Source: a virus. Taken from it: a DNA stretch of 64,000 bases. The DNA is taken from positions 32,001-96,000 of IMG/VR virus record IMGVR_UViG_3300031857_000034. One strand, written 5' to 3'. The translations under genes and the position numbers were made by a program. Positions 16,857 to 26,387 of this stretch are shown here, piece by piece; the first letter of the stretch is position 1, and every line of letters begins with the position of its first letter. The notes under the pieces were generated by a model. That model worked only from the letters and a program-made list of their open reading frames with translations, did no database searches and had not been told where the DNA came from.

Positions 16857-16900
16857 GTTTCCCATCCCGGGGAAGTATTGCAAGGATGTACAGCGAAGAA

Positions 16901-18094
16901 TTAACTGAACGACAGATTTTGGACGGCTATCTCGCCGACATAATCGCCCGCATTGCCAAAAGACGATGCAGTATTTGTCAATTCTATGTAGCCATATCTC
17001 GTCATAAACGAAACGACTGGCTCGAATGTGCTGGGATCCAGAACAACACCGCTTGACATCAAAGGAATGTATGGGCAGTAGAATGCTGGAGCATCAGCTT
17101 CGCTGGCGCCTTTGTAGCCAACCAGAACTGGTGTCGAGTCGTTAGCATAGCTATCAACATAAACACGCATAGCACTGTTGAGTGTACCAACAAACTTGGT
17201 GTTTGTGGGTGCTTCAAATGTGCCTTCTGTTGTGCGAGCAAAAGCAGAAGTTGTTGCGCTCTGGAGCACTGTCAAGGAAGCGGGCGAAACTACAGCGTAG
17301 TTACCTGCACCACGACGTGTGCGCTGAGCGATCAGGTTAGCAACACGATTGATCAGAACTGCCAGTGCGGCGTGCTCATCACCAACGTAGGTTGCTGTAC
17401 CACTAACGGTAGCCTGGTTGTATGTGAACTCTGTTGCAGCCAATGAACGCAGGCTCAGCAGGATCTCTTGGTCGATCTCAGTTGTGATCTCTTGTGCGAG
17501 AGCAGCCATGATTTCGGCCTCAACATCGATACCGTGCATTGCTTGTGCGTCTTGTGCAGCTTCAAATGTCCAACGAGCCTGGAGCTTACGTGTTTTAGCT
17601 TCAACGGCCTGCTTCAGGATTTGAACGGAAATCTTACGACCGCCGTCGCCTTCTAAAGCTGCTGTGTTGGAACCAGTGTAAGTGCTCTGAGTTGCGCTTG
17701 TGCTTGCACCAGCAGAGTATGCTGTTGCAATCAAGAACGGGCTCAGTGCTTCCTGGCCAGCTGTAACGCTGGTTGCTGCTGCTGATGTGTCTGTCATGCT
17801 TTGTGCATAACGAACACGCAGAGTGTGGATCTGACCAACGGGGCCAGTCATGGGCTGTACACCAACGAGTTCGTTGGCAATAACAGTTGGCATAACACGG
17901 CGGATCACTGGAAGGATCACACGATTCAGTGTAGCGATATTACCGCTAACTGTGGTACCTGCAGATGACTCTTTCAGGTACTTGCGAGTGTTTTCTAAAA
18001 CTACACCCATTGTGCTGCGACGGGAACCATTGAGTCCTTCTAGTAGGGCTTCTTTGGTCTCGTCCCAACGGCTTTCTAACAGTTCTTGTGACAT
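16901..18094 (-). CDS. Major capsid protein (T4 gp23-like)
   Basis: VIRRVMPTVIANELVGVQPMTGPVGQI, AKTRKLQARWTFEAAQD, FYCPYIPL, FMTRYG. Confidence 0.97.
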   Translation of the reverse strand: MSQELLESRWDETKEALLEGLNGSRRSTMGVVLENTRKYLKESSAGTTVSGNIATLNRVILPVIRRVMPTVIANELVGVQPMTGPVGQIHTLRVRYAQSMTDTSAAATSVTAGQEALSPFLIATAYSAGASTSATQSTYTGSNTAALEGDGGRKISVQILKQAVEAKTRKLQARWTFEAAQDAQAMHGIDVEAEIMAALAQEITTEIDQEILLSLRSLAATEFTYNQATVSGTATYVGDEHAALAVLINRVANLIAQRTRRGAGNYAVVSPASLTVLQSATTSAFARTTEGTFEAPTNTKFVGTLNSAMRVYVDSYANDSTPVLVGYKGASEADAPAFYCPYIPLMSSGVVLDPSTFEPVVSFMTRYGYIELTNTASSFGNAGDYVGEIAVQNLSFS

Positions 18095-18121
18095 GATTCT
18101 CTCCTGTTTCTTGTCGTAAGA

Positions 18122-19222
18122 TTAAAGCCCTGCCAGTCTCTTGAGCTCAATGACGTTTGATGCGTCATCAGACTTGGGTTTGACGGCAGATTTATCACCA
18201 GTGACTTCTTTGTGTACGCTTTCGGTAATGGTCTGTTTTGCAACAGCCACTTTCCGAGCGGCGTTCTCAAGAACTGCTGGTAGATACTTTTCAAAAGCAG
18301 TGCGAAGACGAGGTGTTTGCACGCTTTCTAGTAAGTTACGCATGATTTCTGCTTTTTCCTCGTTTAAAGGAGAGAGCAATTCATCCATAGTGCGGCTACG
18401 CTCTGTGGACTCCTTGATCATACGAACTTCACGTTCCTTGTTCTCAACCAATACTTTGGCAGTACGAGTTGATTCAATGGCTTCGGCCAATTTCTGTTCT
18501 TTGTCAGCAATCACAGCCCGGAGCTTGCGTACTTCGGCATTCTCATTGAGATGAGTGCCTGCAAACTCTGTGACATATGCTTCAAAGATACGACGACCAA
18601 AATTGTTCTCTCGAGCAATTTTAACGTCTTCTTTGAGCTGAGTAAGTTCAGAACGTAGATGTTCAGCAACACGCTGACCTAACTTGGCAGCAGATTCTTT
18701 TACAAACTGCTGTTTCAATGCTGTGAGTTGCTTCTTGGCTTCAGACACAAGTTTGACTTTGGTGTTAACCACGTCACGCTTGTCCTGGGCAAATTCAGTA
18801 ATCTCACGAGCCAAAGCTTCAATTACAAATCGTTCTAAACGATCCACGCTCTCGGTATGAGTGCGACGATCCGAACGTAGTTCCTTGATTTCCTCAGCAA
18901 GTTTACCAACCATGAAGTTGTTAAACTTCTCGGCTGATTCTTTCATCTTGACTTGGAAACGCACACGGTCTTCATTGAGACCACGGCGCTCTTCTTGGAA
19001 CTCTTGCATTTCTGCTTTGAGGCCTTCGGTTACCATGCGATCTAGGGCTTCGACCATAACTGACTTGTCATGCTCATAGCGTTGTGCAAATTCCTCACGG
19101 AGTTCTGCACGCACCTGCTCACGAGCTTCATTTAGTTTGGCCTCAAATGCTTCTGTGATGGCTTCACCAGTTGACTCGTTGATCAGTTGGCTATCTAGCA
19201 ATGGTTTGATTGCGTCTAGCAT
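18122..19222 (-). CDS. Prohead core scaffolding protein (T4 gp22-like)
   Basis: Coiled-coil, Glu-rich protein between the protease and the capsid gene; GRRIFEAY. Confidence 0.85.
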   Translation of the reverse strand: MLDAIKPLLDSQLINESTGEAITEAFEAKLNEAREQVRAELREEFAQRYEHDKSVMVEALDRMVTEGLKAEMQEFQEERRGLNEDRVRFQVKMKESAEKFNNFMVGKLAEEIKELRSDRRTHTESVDRLERFVIEALAREITEFAQDKRDVVNTKVKLVSEAKKQLTALKQQFVKESAAKLGQRVAEHLRSELTQLKEDVKIARENNFGRRIFEAYVTEFAGTHLNENAEVRKLRAVIADKEQKLAEAIESTRTAKVLVENKEREVRMIKESTERSRTMDELLSPLNEEKAEIMRNLLESVQTPRLRTAFEKYLPAVLENAARKVAVAKQTITESVHKEVTGDKSAVKPKSDDASNVIELKRLAGL

Positions 19223-19231
19223 TACGATCTC

Positions 19232-19882
19232 CTAAATCTTCAGATCCTTGATGAACTTGACAATCTCGTTCTTCAAGTGTTTCTGTGCAAGTGTGTCACC
19301 GCCCACAGCATTCTTGCTCATATCAAACATTCTATGTCCGTATCTCATGTTCATGAGGCTTTCATACACTGTTCGAGGATAAGCGTTTGGTGCTGATGGC
19401 TGTGCCACGATGTCGACAGTGACTATTTCAAAGTCACTGACACGTCCGGTCGCGTCATCAACATTACCTGATCCGCGACTCGAAACTCCTAATTTCACAC
19501 CCGACTGCAGCATTGTATCAACTAACTTGCCCATGGGTGTGGGTAACAACTTCAGTTTACCTATGCCGTTGGGGCCATCCATCCACATTTTCTGGATCAT
19601 ATGGCTCACACGGTCTAGATTAATTTTTAAATCTTCTGGATGATCTACTTCACCGCACACAGAGAATCCACCGTTGATCTGCTCATTGAGCTGATCCACT
19701 GCTGATCTAATCTGTTGCACTGGGTAAACTCGTCCATTGGCGTTTTTAACGTCACCCTGGATAAAGATGCCTTCCATGAAAGTGGAGGGCTCTTTACCTG
19801 GAGCTTCTTCTCGGCTCTCAACCACGATCTTGGCAGCATCGTAACTGAGAACTTCTTGTAAGTGACGGTTCCCTTTAAACAT
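19232..19882 (-). CDS. Prohead protease (T4 gp21-like)
   Basis: EGIFIQGDVKNANGRVYP, GEVDHP, LGVSSRGSG, VDIVAQPSAPNAY. Confidence 0.95.
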   Translation of the reverse strand: MFKGNRHLQEVLSYDAAKIVVESREEAPGKEPSTFMEGIFIQGDVKNANGRVYPVQQIRSAVDQLNEQINGGFSVCGEVDHPEDLKINLDRVSHMIQKMWMDGPNGIGKLKLLPTPMGKLVDTMLQSGVKLGVSSRGSGNVDDATGRVSDFEIVTVDIVAQPSAPNAYPRTVYESLMNMRYGHRMFDMSKNAVGGDTLAQKHLKNEIVKFIKDLKI

Positions 19883-19887
19883 CTAGA

Positions 19888-20766
19888 TTAGCTCTTGATT
19901 GCTTTTAAAGGACTCTTGGTGTTAACACCCGAAGCCTGGCTCAGCGTGGGCTTGGTAGCAGGTTTCATGGGAGCCATGTTTTTACCAGCAGTGTTCTGCA
20001 GGCCAGACTCAATGTCAGGTGCTTTTTGTGTTGTTGGTGCTTTGGTACCATCGGGGTTTTCAGCAGTAAACTTGCTGGAAGCAGGTTTGGCCACCGAACC
20101 AGTTACACTGGCGCCGGCATTGTTAGCGTTTGGGCTTTTGGAGTCAACACGCAGTTTGTCACCGCCTGTTGTGCCTTGACCTGCCAAACGATCACCACGG
20201 TCAACAGCAACTTTTTGCAGTTGAACGTTTTCTGCTAGGCTTTCCTCAACTTCTTCTTCTTCGGCTTCTACTTCTGAACCCATGGTCATTTCATCGTCTT
20301 CTTCGCCGTCGACCATACCATCGTCGCCGCCAATGACTTCTTCAAATTTGGCCAGTAGTTCGTCTAGTTTGCTGTCAATGCTGGCGATATCACCTTCGAG
20401 ATCGCCGCCTGCGCCCATTTCGTCGGCAAAATCATCGCCGCCAACCATTTCTTCTTCGGCACCCATGTCCATGACTTCTTCGTCATCTTCCATGGCTGTT
20501 TCATCGGCATCAACATTGGCACTGATATCGTTCATCAGTTGATCTGCTGCATCGCCGCCCATGGTTTCCATTTCCATGGACTCTTCCATTTCTTCATCTG
20601 CAGATTCTTCCAAATCCTCATCGGATTCTTCTTTGAGTTCTGCTGCCATGAGGTCTTCATAGATACCACGGCTTTTTTCCACTACGATTTCGTGAAAAAG
20701 GTCACGAGCCTTTTGTTCTTCGTCGTTAATGACGTACTCAATGAGTTTTTCAAACTTGCTTGACAT
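19888..20766 (-). CDS. Acidic prohead core/internal protein
   Basis: Very Asp/Glu/Met-rich protein between portal and protease (gp67/68 position); late promoter at 20805-20810. Confidence 0.65.
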   Translation of the reverse strand: MSSKFEKLIEYVINDEEQKARDLFHEIVVEKSRGIYEDLMAAELKEESDEDLEESADEEMEESMEMETMGGDAADQLMNDISANVDADETAMEDDEEVMDMGAEEEMVGGDDFADEMGAGGDLEGDIASIDSKLDELLAKFEEVIGGDDGMVDGEEDDEMTMGSEVEAEEEEVEESLAENVQLQKVAVDRGDRLAGQGTTGGDKLRVDSKSPNANNAGASVTGSVAKPASSKFTAENPDGTKAPTTQKAPDIESGLQNTAGKNMAPMKPATKPTLSQASGVNTKSPLKAIKS

Positions 20767-20821
20767 TTTTTGGTTCCTTTTCTAGAATAAGGTTTGTGTA
20801 GAGTTATTTACTGCACATATT

Positions 20822-20849
20822 AAAAAACCAGCCACTTATGGCTGGTTTT
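20822..20849 (-). terminator. Rho-independent terminator (possibly bidirectional)
   Basis: aaaaccagcca-ctta-tggctggtttt. Confidence 0.75.
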
Positions 20850-20886
20850 CTGGTAGAAATATTTATGTATTATGACTTGGGCTGTA

Positions 20887-21108
20887 TCATAAGCCCGGCA
20901 CCGCAGGAGGCGGTGCATACTGTTTGCGGATGTACTTTAATTTCTCATCGTACTCAAACTTGCGCACTTCTTGCATACGGCGTATTTTATTGATCTGAGT
21001 CAAGGTAAGTTTGGTTTTACGCAGTTGGCGCAGTTTAGGACGGCTGTTGTCGTCCTGTAAGTCCTGATAGCCTTCGGGCTCTTTGTCAAATAATTCAAGA
21101 AAATTCAT
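20887..21108 (-). CDS. Small head-assembly-region protein
   Basis: 73 aa, RKTKLTLTQINKIRR..IRKQY; TAAATA 5 nt before the ATG. Confidence 0.7.
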   Translation of the reverse strand: MNFLELFDKEPEGYQDLQDDNSRPKLRQLRKTKLTLTQINKIRRMQEVRKFEYDEKLKYIRKQYAPPPAVPGL

Positions 21109-21129
21109 AATGATATTTACTTGATTTTG

Positions 21130-22866
21130 TCAAACTGCTGGTGGTGCACCAGGCGCAGTGATAGTGCTGGCTGCAGGCGGTGCTGCTGCTCCGGGTGCTC
21201 CAAGATCATCTGCACCCAGGTCTCCAGCACCCGCGCCTTCGGGTGGCAGTCCTGCAAGATCTGCTTCAAATCCTCCAGGACTGATGCCCACTGAACGCAG
21301 TTCTGAACCTTGGCTGCCTTGTGCTGCAGGCTCGTCGCGCTCTTCGCGCCACATTTCTTCGTTTTCCAACACTTCTTCTTCGGTCAGACCCAGATAACGT
21401 TTCAGCAAGAAACGCTTGCTCATATAAGGCAGTGGTTCCAAAGTGGTAAAAGTGCTGACCCTGCTGGTATCCAACTCTGCTTCACGGTAAGCAGCAAAGT
21501 TCTGCGGTGGATTGAATTCCAGATCAAACAAACTGGAATCAATGTTGAATCCACGCCAGCGCATGAACATCTTGAACTCATCATCCAACTTGTGCAGTAT
21601 CAACTGCTGTAGACGTTTGCAGTATTCGTTGAAACGGAATTCTTGTATGAGTGCTGTGCCCACACGCCCATCGCTGAGTGGTGTGGTAGAGTCATCGGGA
21701 CCAGTGGGCAAGTAAGATGAAGGCACACGCAGTCCACGCATCATCATGTTGTTGAAATACTTGAGATCGTCGATCTCGCCCACGGCCTGGCCACCTTGCA
21801 GCATTTCTACCCGAGATCCGCGACCTTCTGCTGTCTGTGGAAAAAAGTAATCTTCGTTGATGCTGAGTGGATTGTAGGTGGCATCCAAGATGTTCATGCT
21901 TCCACCGGTCAAGGTAGGAATACGTCGCTGATGTATTTCGTTTTTCACACGCTCAACAAACTGCATGGCCAAGTGCGAAGGCATGTTGCCCACGTCGATG
22001 TAAAACACACGCCGCTCTGGCGCACGCTGTACACGATATATCAGGATGGAATCTTCTAGCAGTTCTTTCTGCTTGTAGACCTTGAAAATGCTTTCCAGTA
22101 TGCTTTGTCCAAATGGCCAGTAGAAATCCAAACCTTCTGACAGACTCAAATGCACCACGTGTTCAGCAGCGATAGCCGACTCGTTTTGGCTGAGACTGAA
22201 ACGTGATCCTTGATTGAACGGATTTGAAGGCACTGTATAGCCCGGCTGACCGCCCCAGGAGCCCTGCTGCGGCTGATTGGCATAGGCAGCGTCTGTGGCA
22301 ATGGCTGAGATAGTTAGATTCTGGAAGTTGGGGTTGATGTCACGCACAATGTACTGCTCAGGGCGCTTGCCTTCTGATTCGTTAACGATTACACGGCTGA
22401 CCTTGGTCATGTCCACATAGTACAGTTCAAAAGTCTGTGGATCACGGATAAACACCTGATCGCCGTACTTGATCACATTGCGGAACATCTTGAACATACG
22501 CTGATCAAACTTGTTGAGTTTGACCCAGGCCTGCAGCTGTTCTTTGATGATTTTTACTTCATGATCTGTGGCTTTTTCCTTGTACTTGACATTGAAACTG
22601 GTGCCGTTTTGCAGGTTTTTTTGCGTGGAAAATTCAGAGATAATGTCCAAACAGGCATTGATCTGTGCATCAGTGTCCATGGCTTCATACTGATTATAGC
22701 GTTCAATACGGTTGGGATGGCCCGAATACACTTCAGGCAAGCGTGACGCATAGTTACGGAAACCAAAATCTGCGCCATAGTTGCGGCTCTGCGCTGTGCT
22801 GCCTGATATGGGGCTCATGGAGCCGTCGCCGGGGTTGGCTACTTTAAAGTGTTTTTTCCAAGACAT
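21130..22866 (-). CDS. Portal vertex protein (T4 gp20-like)
   Basis: LLEDSILIYRVQRAPERRVFYIDVGNMP, EDYFFP, GEIDDLKYF, LRVPSSYL. Confidence 0.97.
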   Translation of the reverse strand: MSWKKHFKVANPGDGSMSPISGSTAQSRNYGADFGFRNYASRLPEVYSGHPNRIERYNQYEAMDTDAQINACLDIISEFSTQKNLQNGTSFNVKYKEKATDHEVKIIKEQLQAWVKLNKFDQRMFKMFRNVIKYGDQVFIRDPQTFELYYVDMTKVSRVIVNESEGKRPEQYIVRDINPNFQNLTISAIATDAAYANQPQQGSWGGQPGYTVPSNPFNQGSRFSLSQNESAIAAEHVVHLSLSEGLDFYWPFGQSILESIFKVYKQKELLEDSILIYRVQRAPERRVFYIDVGNMPSHLAMQFVERVKNEIHQRRIPTLTGGSMNILDATYNPLSINEDYFFPQTAEGRGSRVEMLQGGQAVGEIDDLKYFNNMMMRGLRVPSSYLPTGPDDSTTPLSDGRVGTALIQEFRFNEYCKRLQQLILHKLDDEFKMFMRWRGFNIDSSLFDLEFNPPQNFAAYREAELDTSRVSTFTTLEPLPYMSKRFLLKRYLGLTEEEVLENEEMWREERDEPAAQGSQGSELRSVGISPGGFEADLAGLPPEGAGAGDLGADDLGAPGAAAPPAASTITAPGAPPAV

Positions 22867-22901
22867 AGGTGTGTGGGATCCTTGCTATTACTTAGCGGGT
22901 T

Positions 22902-25286
22902 TTACATCTGCTGCTGGAGTATTTTGGAGTTGATGTCGTTGTTGGTGTTCATTTTATCGCTGATGTTCTGCAGTTTATCTATCATGATCTGCATCTGATC
23001 TGCGCTGGCAAAACGATTTAGAGCTTGTAGCATGGCTTCGGATTTCTGCAGTTGTTGTTCTAAAAATTGACTTTGCTGTGTCATTGATTCGTTGATCTTG
23101 GGCAGCGTATCTGAGAACATGGCATCCGAGTTCATGCCCATTGGTGCAGAATCACGGAAACTCACAGGTATGCTGCGATTGTTGGCGAGAGGCACTATGG
23201 CTTCTAGTCCGTGCAACAGTGCTGTATAACCTGATTCGGGACCGTCGGCAATGCCGCCATCTTTGTATCCTTTTTTGTAGAAATGCACAGGATCATTAGG
23301 AATGTCGTTGGCAAAACCGTATTTTTCGTGCAGGCCCATGGCCTTGATCTTGCGTGCCTGAGCAGTATCAATGTCCACGGCCTTGCCTTTTTCGTGTAAA
23401 CTTGTTCCTGGTGCAGCCACGGGCCTGCCTGCGTTTTTAGATTCATTGGCCTTGAGGCGTTCTTGATCTTCGCGTGTTCTAAATGCCGAAGTTAATTTGA
23501 CTTTTTCTTTGGTCTCCTTGTGGTACTCGGTGGCCATTTTTAAAAAATCTTCTTTGGTTTTGGGATCTAACCCTTCAAAAGCCTGCCGTGATCCACTTTT
23601 ATCACCAAAATCAATCACATCGTCGGGATTGGTCTTGAAGGCATCTACATAGGAATGATCTATCAGACCAAGGGCACCTGCTATACCGCCAACTATGCCA
23701 CCAATGACACCACCTGCAACTGTGCCCACACCTGGTACCACTGATCCAATGACAGCTCCTCCTGCCCCCAGAGCAGCAGCTCCTGCAGCCGCACCGCCGA
23801 GTCCACTGGGCGATCTTTCTTGTGCCCGCAGGGCCTCGGCTCTCTGGCCAGTGAGTTTGTTGATAGTCTCAGTCATGGTCTTCAACGCACTGGTAGCAGG
23901 CACTATGCCTGCTTCCACGAAACTCTGTAGACTGTTACGAACTTGTTCGGCAGCGATACGTCTTTTGTTTTCGGCTTCAGTGGCAGCATCTAATCCTTTG
24001 GTCATGGCATCGGCGGACTTGGCACCTTGTTCTTGGCGATTTTTAAGATCGCCGGCTGCTGCAAGATCTAGCAGTTCCGGTAATGAACCAAAAGTTTCTT
24101 CCATTATCTCGGGTGTTTGCTGAGCCACTCGACCCATAGTTGCCTGTAGTTTTTGTCCGCCTTGGGCTATCAATGTCGTCATACCCAAGACTGTTTGTTT
24201 GCCGGTCTTGATGTCGGCCACTTGTTTGTTGAGATCCACGCCTGCAGCTGCTGCTGCCAACTGTAATTTTTTATAATCTTCGCTGCCAAATTGTCCTGTC
24301 AGTGCTGCTTTGACACCATCGGCTGTTTTGCTTGCACCTCGAGCTTGTAGCACACCCACTTCTTCTAGCATCTGCTCGCCGCGTGCTGCCATTTCTTTAC
24401 CACCAGCAGACATCTGTTGTACCAAAGACCTCATGGCAGTTTCAGCAAGATTTCGCTTGCGATTCTTGTCTAACTCATCGGTACTGACACCAAATGCCTT
24501 GCTGAGTGCATCAGTGGCTTTGGTCATGCGTTCAAACTCTGCTATGGAAACATTGGTCTTGTTGCCCAACTGAGTCTGCAGATTGATGTAAACTGCTTGT
24601 CTTTTGTTCAGTTCGTCTTGGCTGCCTGTCAATCTACGCAGGCCCACAAAGGTACTGTTGGCATTTTTTCGTAGATTGTCTGAAAATTCACCAAATGCGA
24701 TAGCGCCTTTTTCTGCGGTACCGCCAAAGTCACCCAGAGTCTGAGCATTGCTACTGAGCAAGGCAACTGCTTTGTCTACTTCATTGAGACCATAGTTGAG
24801 TTCTACCATGCGACCTGCCAGGCCGCTCATGCCCGATTCGGTGGCCAGTCCTGTGTCACGTAATTTGTACAAACTGGTATACAGTGAGTCAGTGGTCTCT
24901 GCTACTTTTTCAAAGTATTTGCCGCCCAGTTTCAGCAGCTGGCCTCCAACAAATGTCAGACCCTTGATGATTATGCCGCCGGGCATGAGCATAGACAAGC
25001 CGCTGACTAGATCACCAATTTCCCCAGCAAATGACGACAAGGCCTTGGCCGAAGCTTTGGCACTGGTATCACCGGCCAGCAAGGATGAGCCAAGTTGCGT
25101 AGCAGCGCCAGCAGCAGCGCCAGCAGCCACACTCCATTTTTTAGCGTTGAGGATCTGTGCTTGTTGTACTTTTTGCAGTTGTTCTAACTGCTGTGCGGTG
25201 CCAGCAGTAACTGCGCCGTATTTTTGAATTTCTTCTTGGGCACGTTTGGTTGCTTCGGCAAATTCTCTTAGATATTGTTGATCCAT
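22902..25286 (-). CDS. Tape-measure/baseplate-hub-like protein with peptidase M15 (D,D/L,D-peptidase) domain
   Basis: Long Ala/Gln helical region, Gly-zipper segment, SAFRT..DQ..L / APGTSLHEKGKAVDI / DPVHF zinc-peptidase motifs, GGIA.GP.SGY..LHGLEAIVPL. Confidence 0.75.
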   Translation of the reverse strand: MDQQYLREFAEATKRAQEEIQKYGAVTAGTAQQLEQLQKVQQAQILNAKKWSVAAGAAAGAATQLGSSLLAGDTSAKASAKALSSFAGEIGDLVSGLSMLMPGGIIIKGLTFVGGQLLKLGGKYFEKVAETTDSLYTSLYKLRDTGLATESGMSGLAGRMVELNYGLNEVDKAVALLSSNAQTLGDFGGTAEKGAIAFGEFSDNLRKNANSTFVGLRRLTGSQDELNKRQAVYINLQTQLGNKTNVSIAEFERMTKATDALSKAFGVSTDELDKNRKRNLAETAMRSLVQQMSAGGKEMAARGEQMLEEVGVLQARGASKTADGVKAALTGQFGSEDYKKLQLAAAAAGVDLNKQVADIKTGKQTVLGMTTLIAQGGQKLQATMGRVAQQTPEIMEETFGSLPELLDLAAAGDLKNRQEQGAKSADAMTKGLDAATEAENKRRIAAEQVRNSLQSFVEAGIVPATSALKTMTETINKLTGQRAEALRAQERSPSGLGGAAAGAAALGAGGAVIGSVVPGVGTVAGGVIGGIVGGIAGALGLIDHSYVDAFKTNPDDVIDFGDKSGSRQAFEGLDPKTKEDFLKMATEYHKETKEKVKLTSAFRTREDQERLKANESKNAGRPVAAPGTSLHEKGKAVDIDTAQARKIKAMGLHEKYGFANDIPNDPVHFYKKGYKDGGIADGPESGYTALLHGLEAIVPLANNRSIPVSFRDSAPMGMNSDAMFSDTLPKINESMTQQSQFLEQQLQKSEAMLQALNRFASADQMQIMIDKLQNISDKMNTNNDINSKILQQQM

Positions 25287-25332
25287 TGTTTAACCGCAAT
25301 AAGTAGTGTTACCTTATTTATTGGACAGAAAA

Positions 25333-26172
25333 ATGACATCTTTTAACCCTTTGACTCGCTATTTTAGGCAGCCCACGATATTTTTGCGACTACCTTCAAA
25401 CGGACTACACTATGGACCCAATGATCTTGACATGCCTGAAAACGGAGAACTTCCAGTGTATCCCATGACTGTGCGGGATGAGATACTGAACAAGACTCCT
25501 GATGCGCTGTTCAACGGCTCCAGTGTGATCAGTCTCATACAGAGTTGCATACCCAATGTGAAAAATGCCTGGGCAGTGCCCAGTATCGATCTTGACGCTA
25601 TGTTGATAGCCATCAAGATTGCCACCTACGGCAAGGACATAGATGTCACTGGATCCTGCACGCACTGTCAAGAAACATCAGAGTATGTGATAGATCTAAA
25701 CCATCAGCTGGCCATGATAGGCCGCAGCGAGTATCAAAAATCCACAGTGATTGGCAACTTTGAAATCATGTTCAGACCTTTGACCTATAAAGAAATCAAC
25801 GAAACCAATCAAGATCACTTCAACGAGCAAAAACTAGCAGAAATCATGCCCACAGCAGATCTTACCAATGCTGATCGACTGCAACAGATCAATGATCTCA
25901 TTTTGAAAGTAACCGAAGGAACCATCAAAGCACTGAGTCGCAGCATTGGTAGCATACGCACCGATGATGTCATAGTAGATGATGAATCACAGATCTTGGA
26001 ATTTTTAACCAACTGTAGCAGTCAGATTTTCAATGCTATCAAAGATGCTGCCATTGCCAAACGCAGTGCCAGCAATCTCAAACCGCTGAAGTTGACCTGT
26101 AGTCACTGTAGCAAGGACTACGAACAACCCCTGGTGTTGGATCTATCAAATTTTTTCGGGCGCAGCTCCTAG
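25333..26172 (+). CDS. Baseplate hub assembly protein (T4 gp26-like)
   Basis: ELPVYPMT.RDE, DLDAMLIAIKIATYG, CTHC and CSHC Zn pairs, ends LSNFF; GGA SD before ATG 25333. Confidence 0.8.
   Translation: MTSFNPLTRYFRQPTIFLRLPSNGLHYGPNDLDMPENGELPVYPMTVRDEILNKTPDALFNGSSVISLIQSCIPNVKNAWAVPSIDLDAMLIAIKIATYGKDIDVTGSCTHCQETSEYVIDLNHQLAMIGRSEYQKSTVIGNFEIMFRPLTYKEINETNQDHFNEQKLAEIMPTADLTNADRLQQINDLILKVTEGTIKALSRSIGSIRTDDVIVDDESQILEFLTNCSSQIFNAIKDAAIAKRSASNLKPLKLTCSHCSKDYEQPLVLDLSNFFGRSS
26151..26157 (+). other. Putative -1 programmed ribosomal frameshift site (T TTT TTC)
   Basis: X XXY YYZ heptamer in the gp26 frame; the -1 frame is open from here into the downstream ORF. Confidence 0.65.
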
Positions 26173-26387
26173 TACTAGATCAAGAATCGATTGAACAGTT
26201 GGTGTCAAAAATGGATCGAGACATCAACGGTATTAGGAGCGAAATGTGGGAAATATCATGGCTTAGCCGTGGTGGTATATCTTACGAAGATGCATTCTAT
26301 CTCAGTCCCACCGATCGCAAATTGTTCAATGACATGACCAAACAGCACATGGAAACCACCAAGAAGTCTGGATTGCCATTCTTTTAA
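26157..26387 (+). CDS. gp51-like segment, probably made as a frameshift extension of gp26
   Basis: -1 frame RAQLLVLDQESIEQLVSKMDRD...WLSRGGISYEDAFYLSPTDRK; no SD before TTG 26199 or ATG 26211. Confidence 0.65.
   Translation, partial: RAQLLVLDQESIEQLVSKMDRDINGIRSEMWEISWLSRGGISYEDAFYLSPTDRKLFNDMTKQHMETTKKSGLPFF

Noticed and set aside
16533-16883. Extended 116-aa start for the MSKTPYE ORF (also long starts at 16387, 25306, 62614)
   Set aside because: The extensions cross terminators, promoters or neighbouring genes; downstream ATGs have an SD or promoter spacing, or avoid the overlap.
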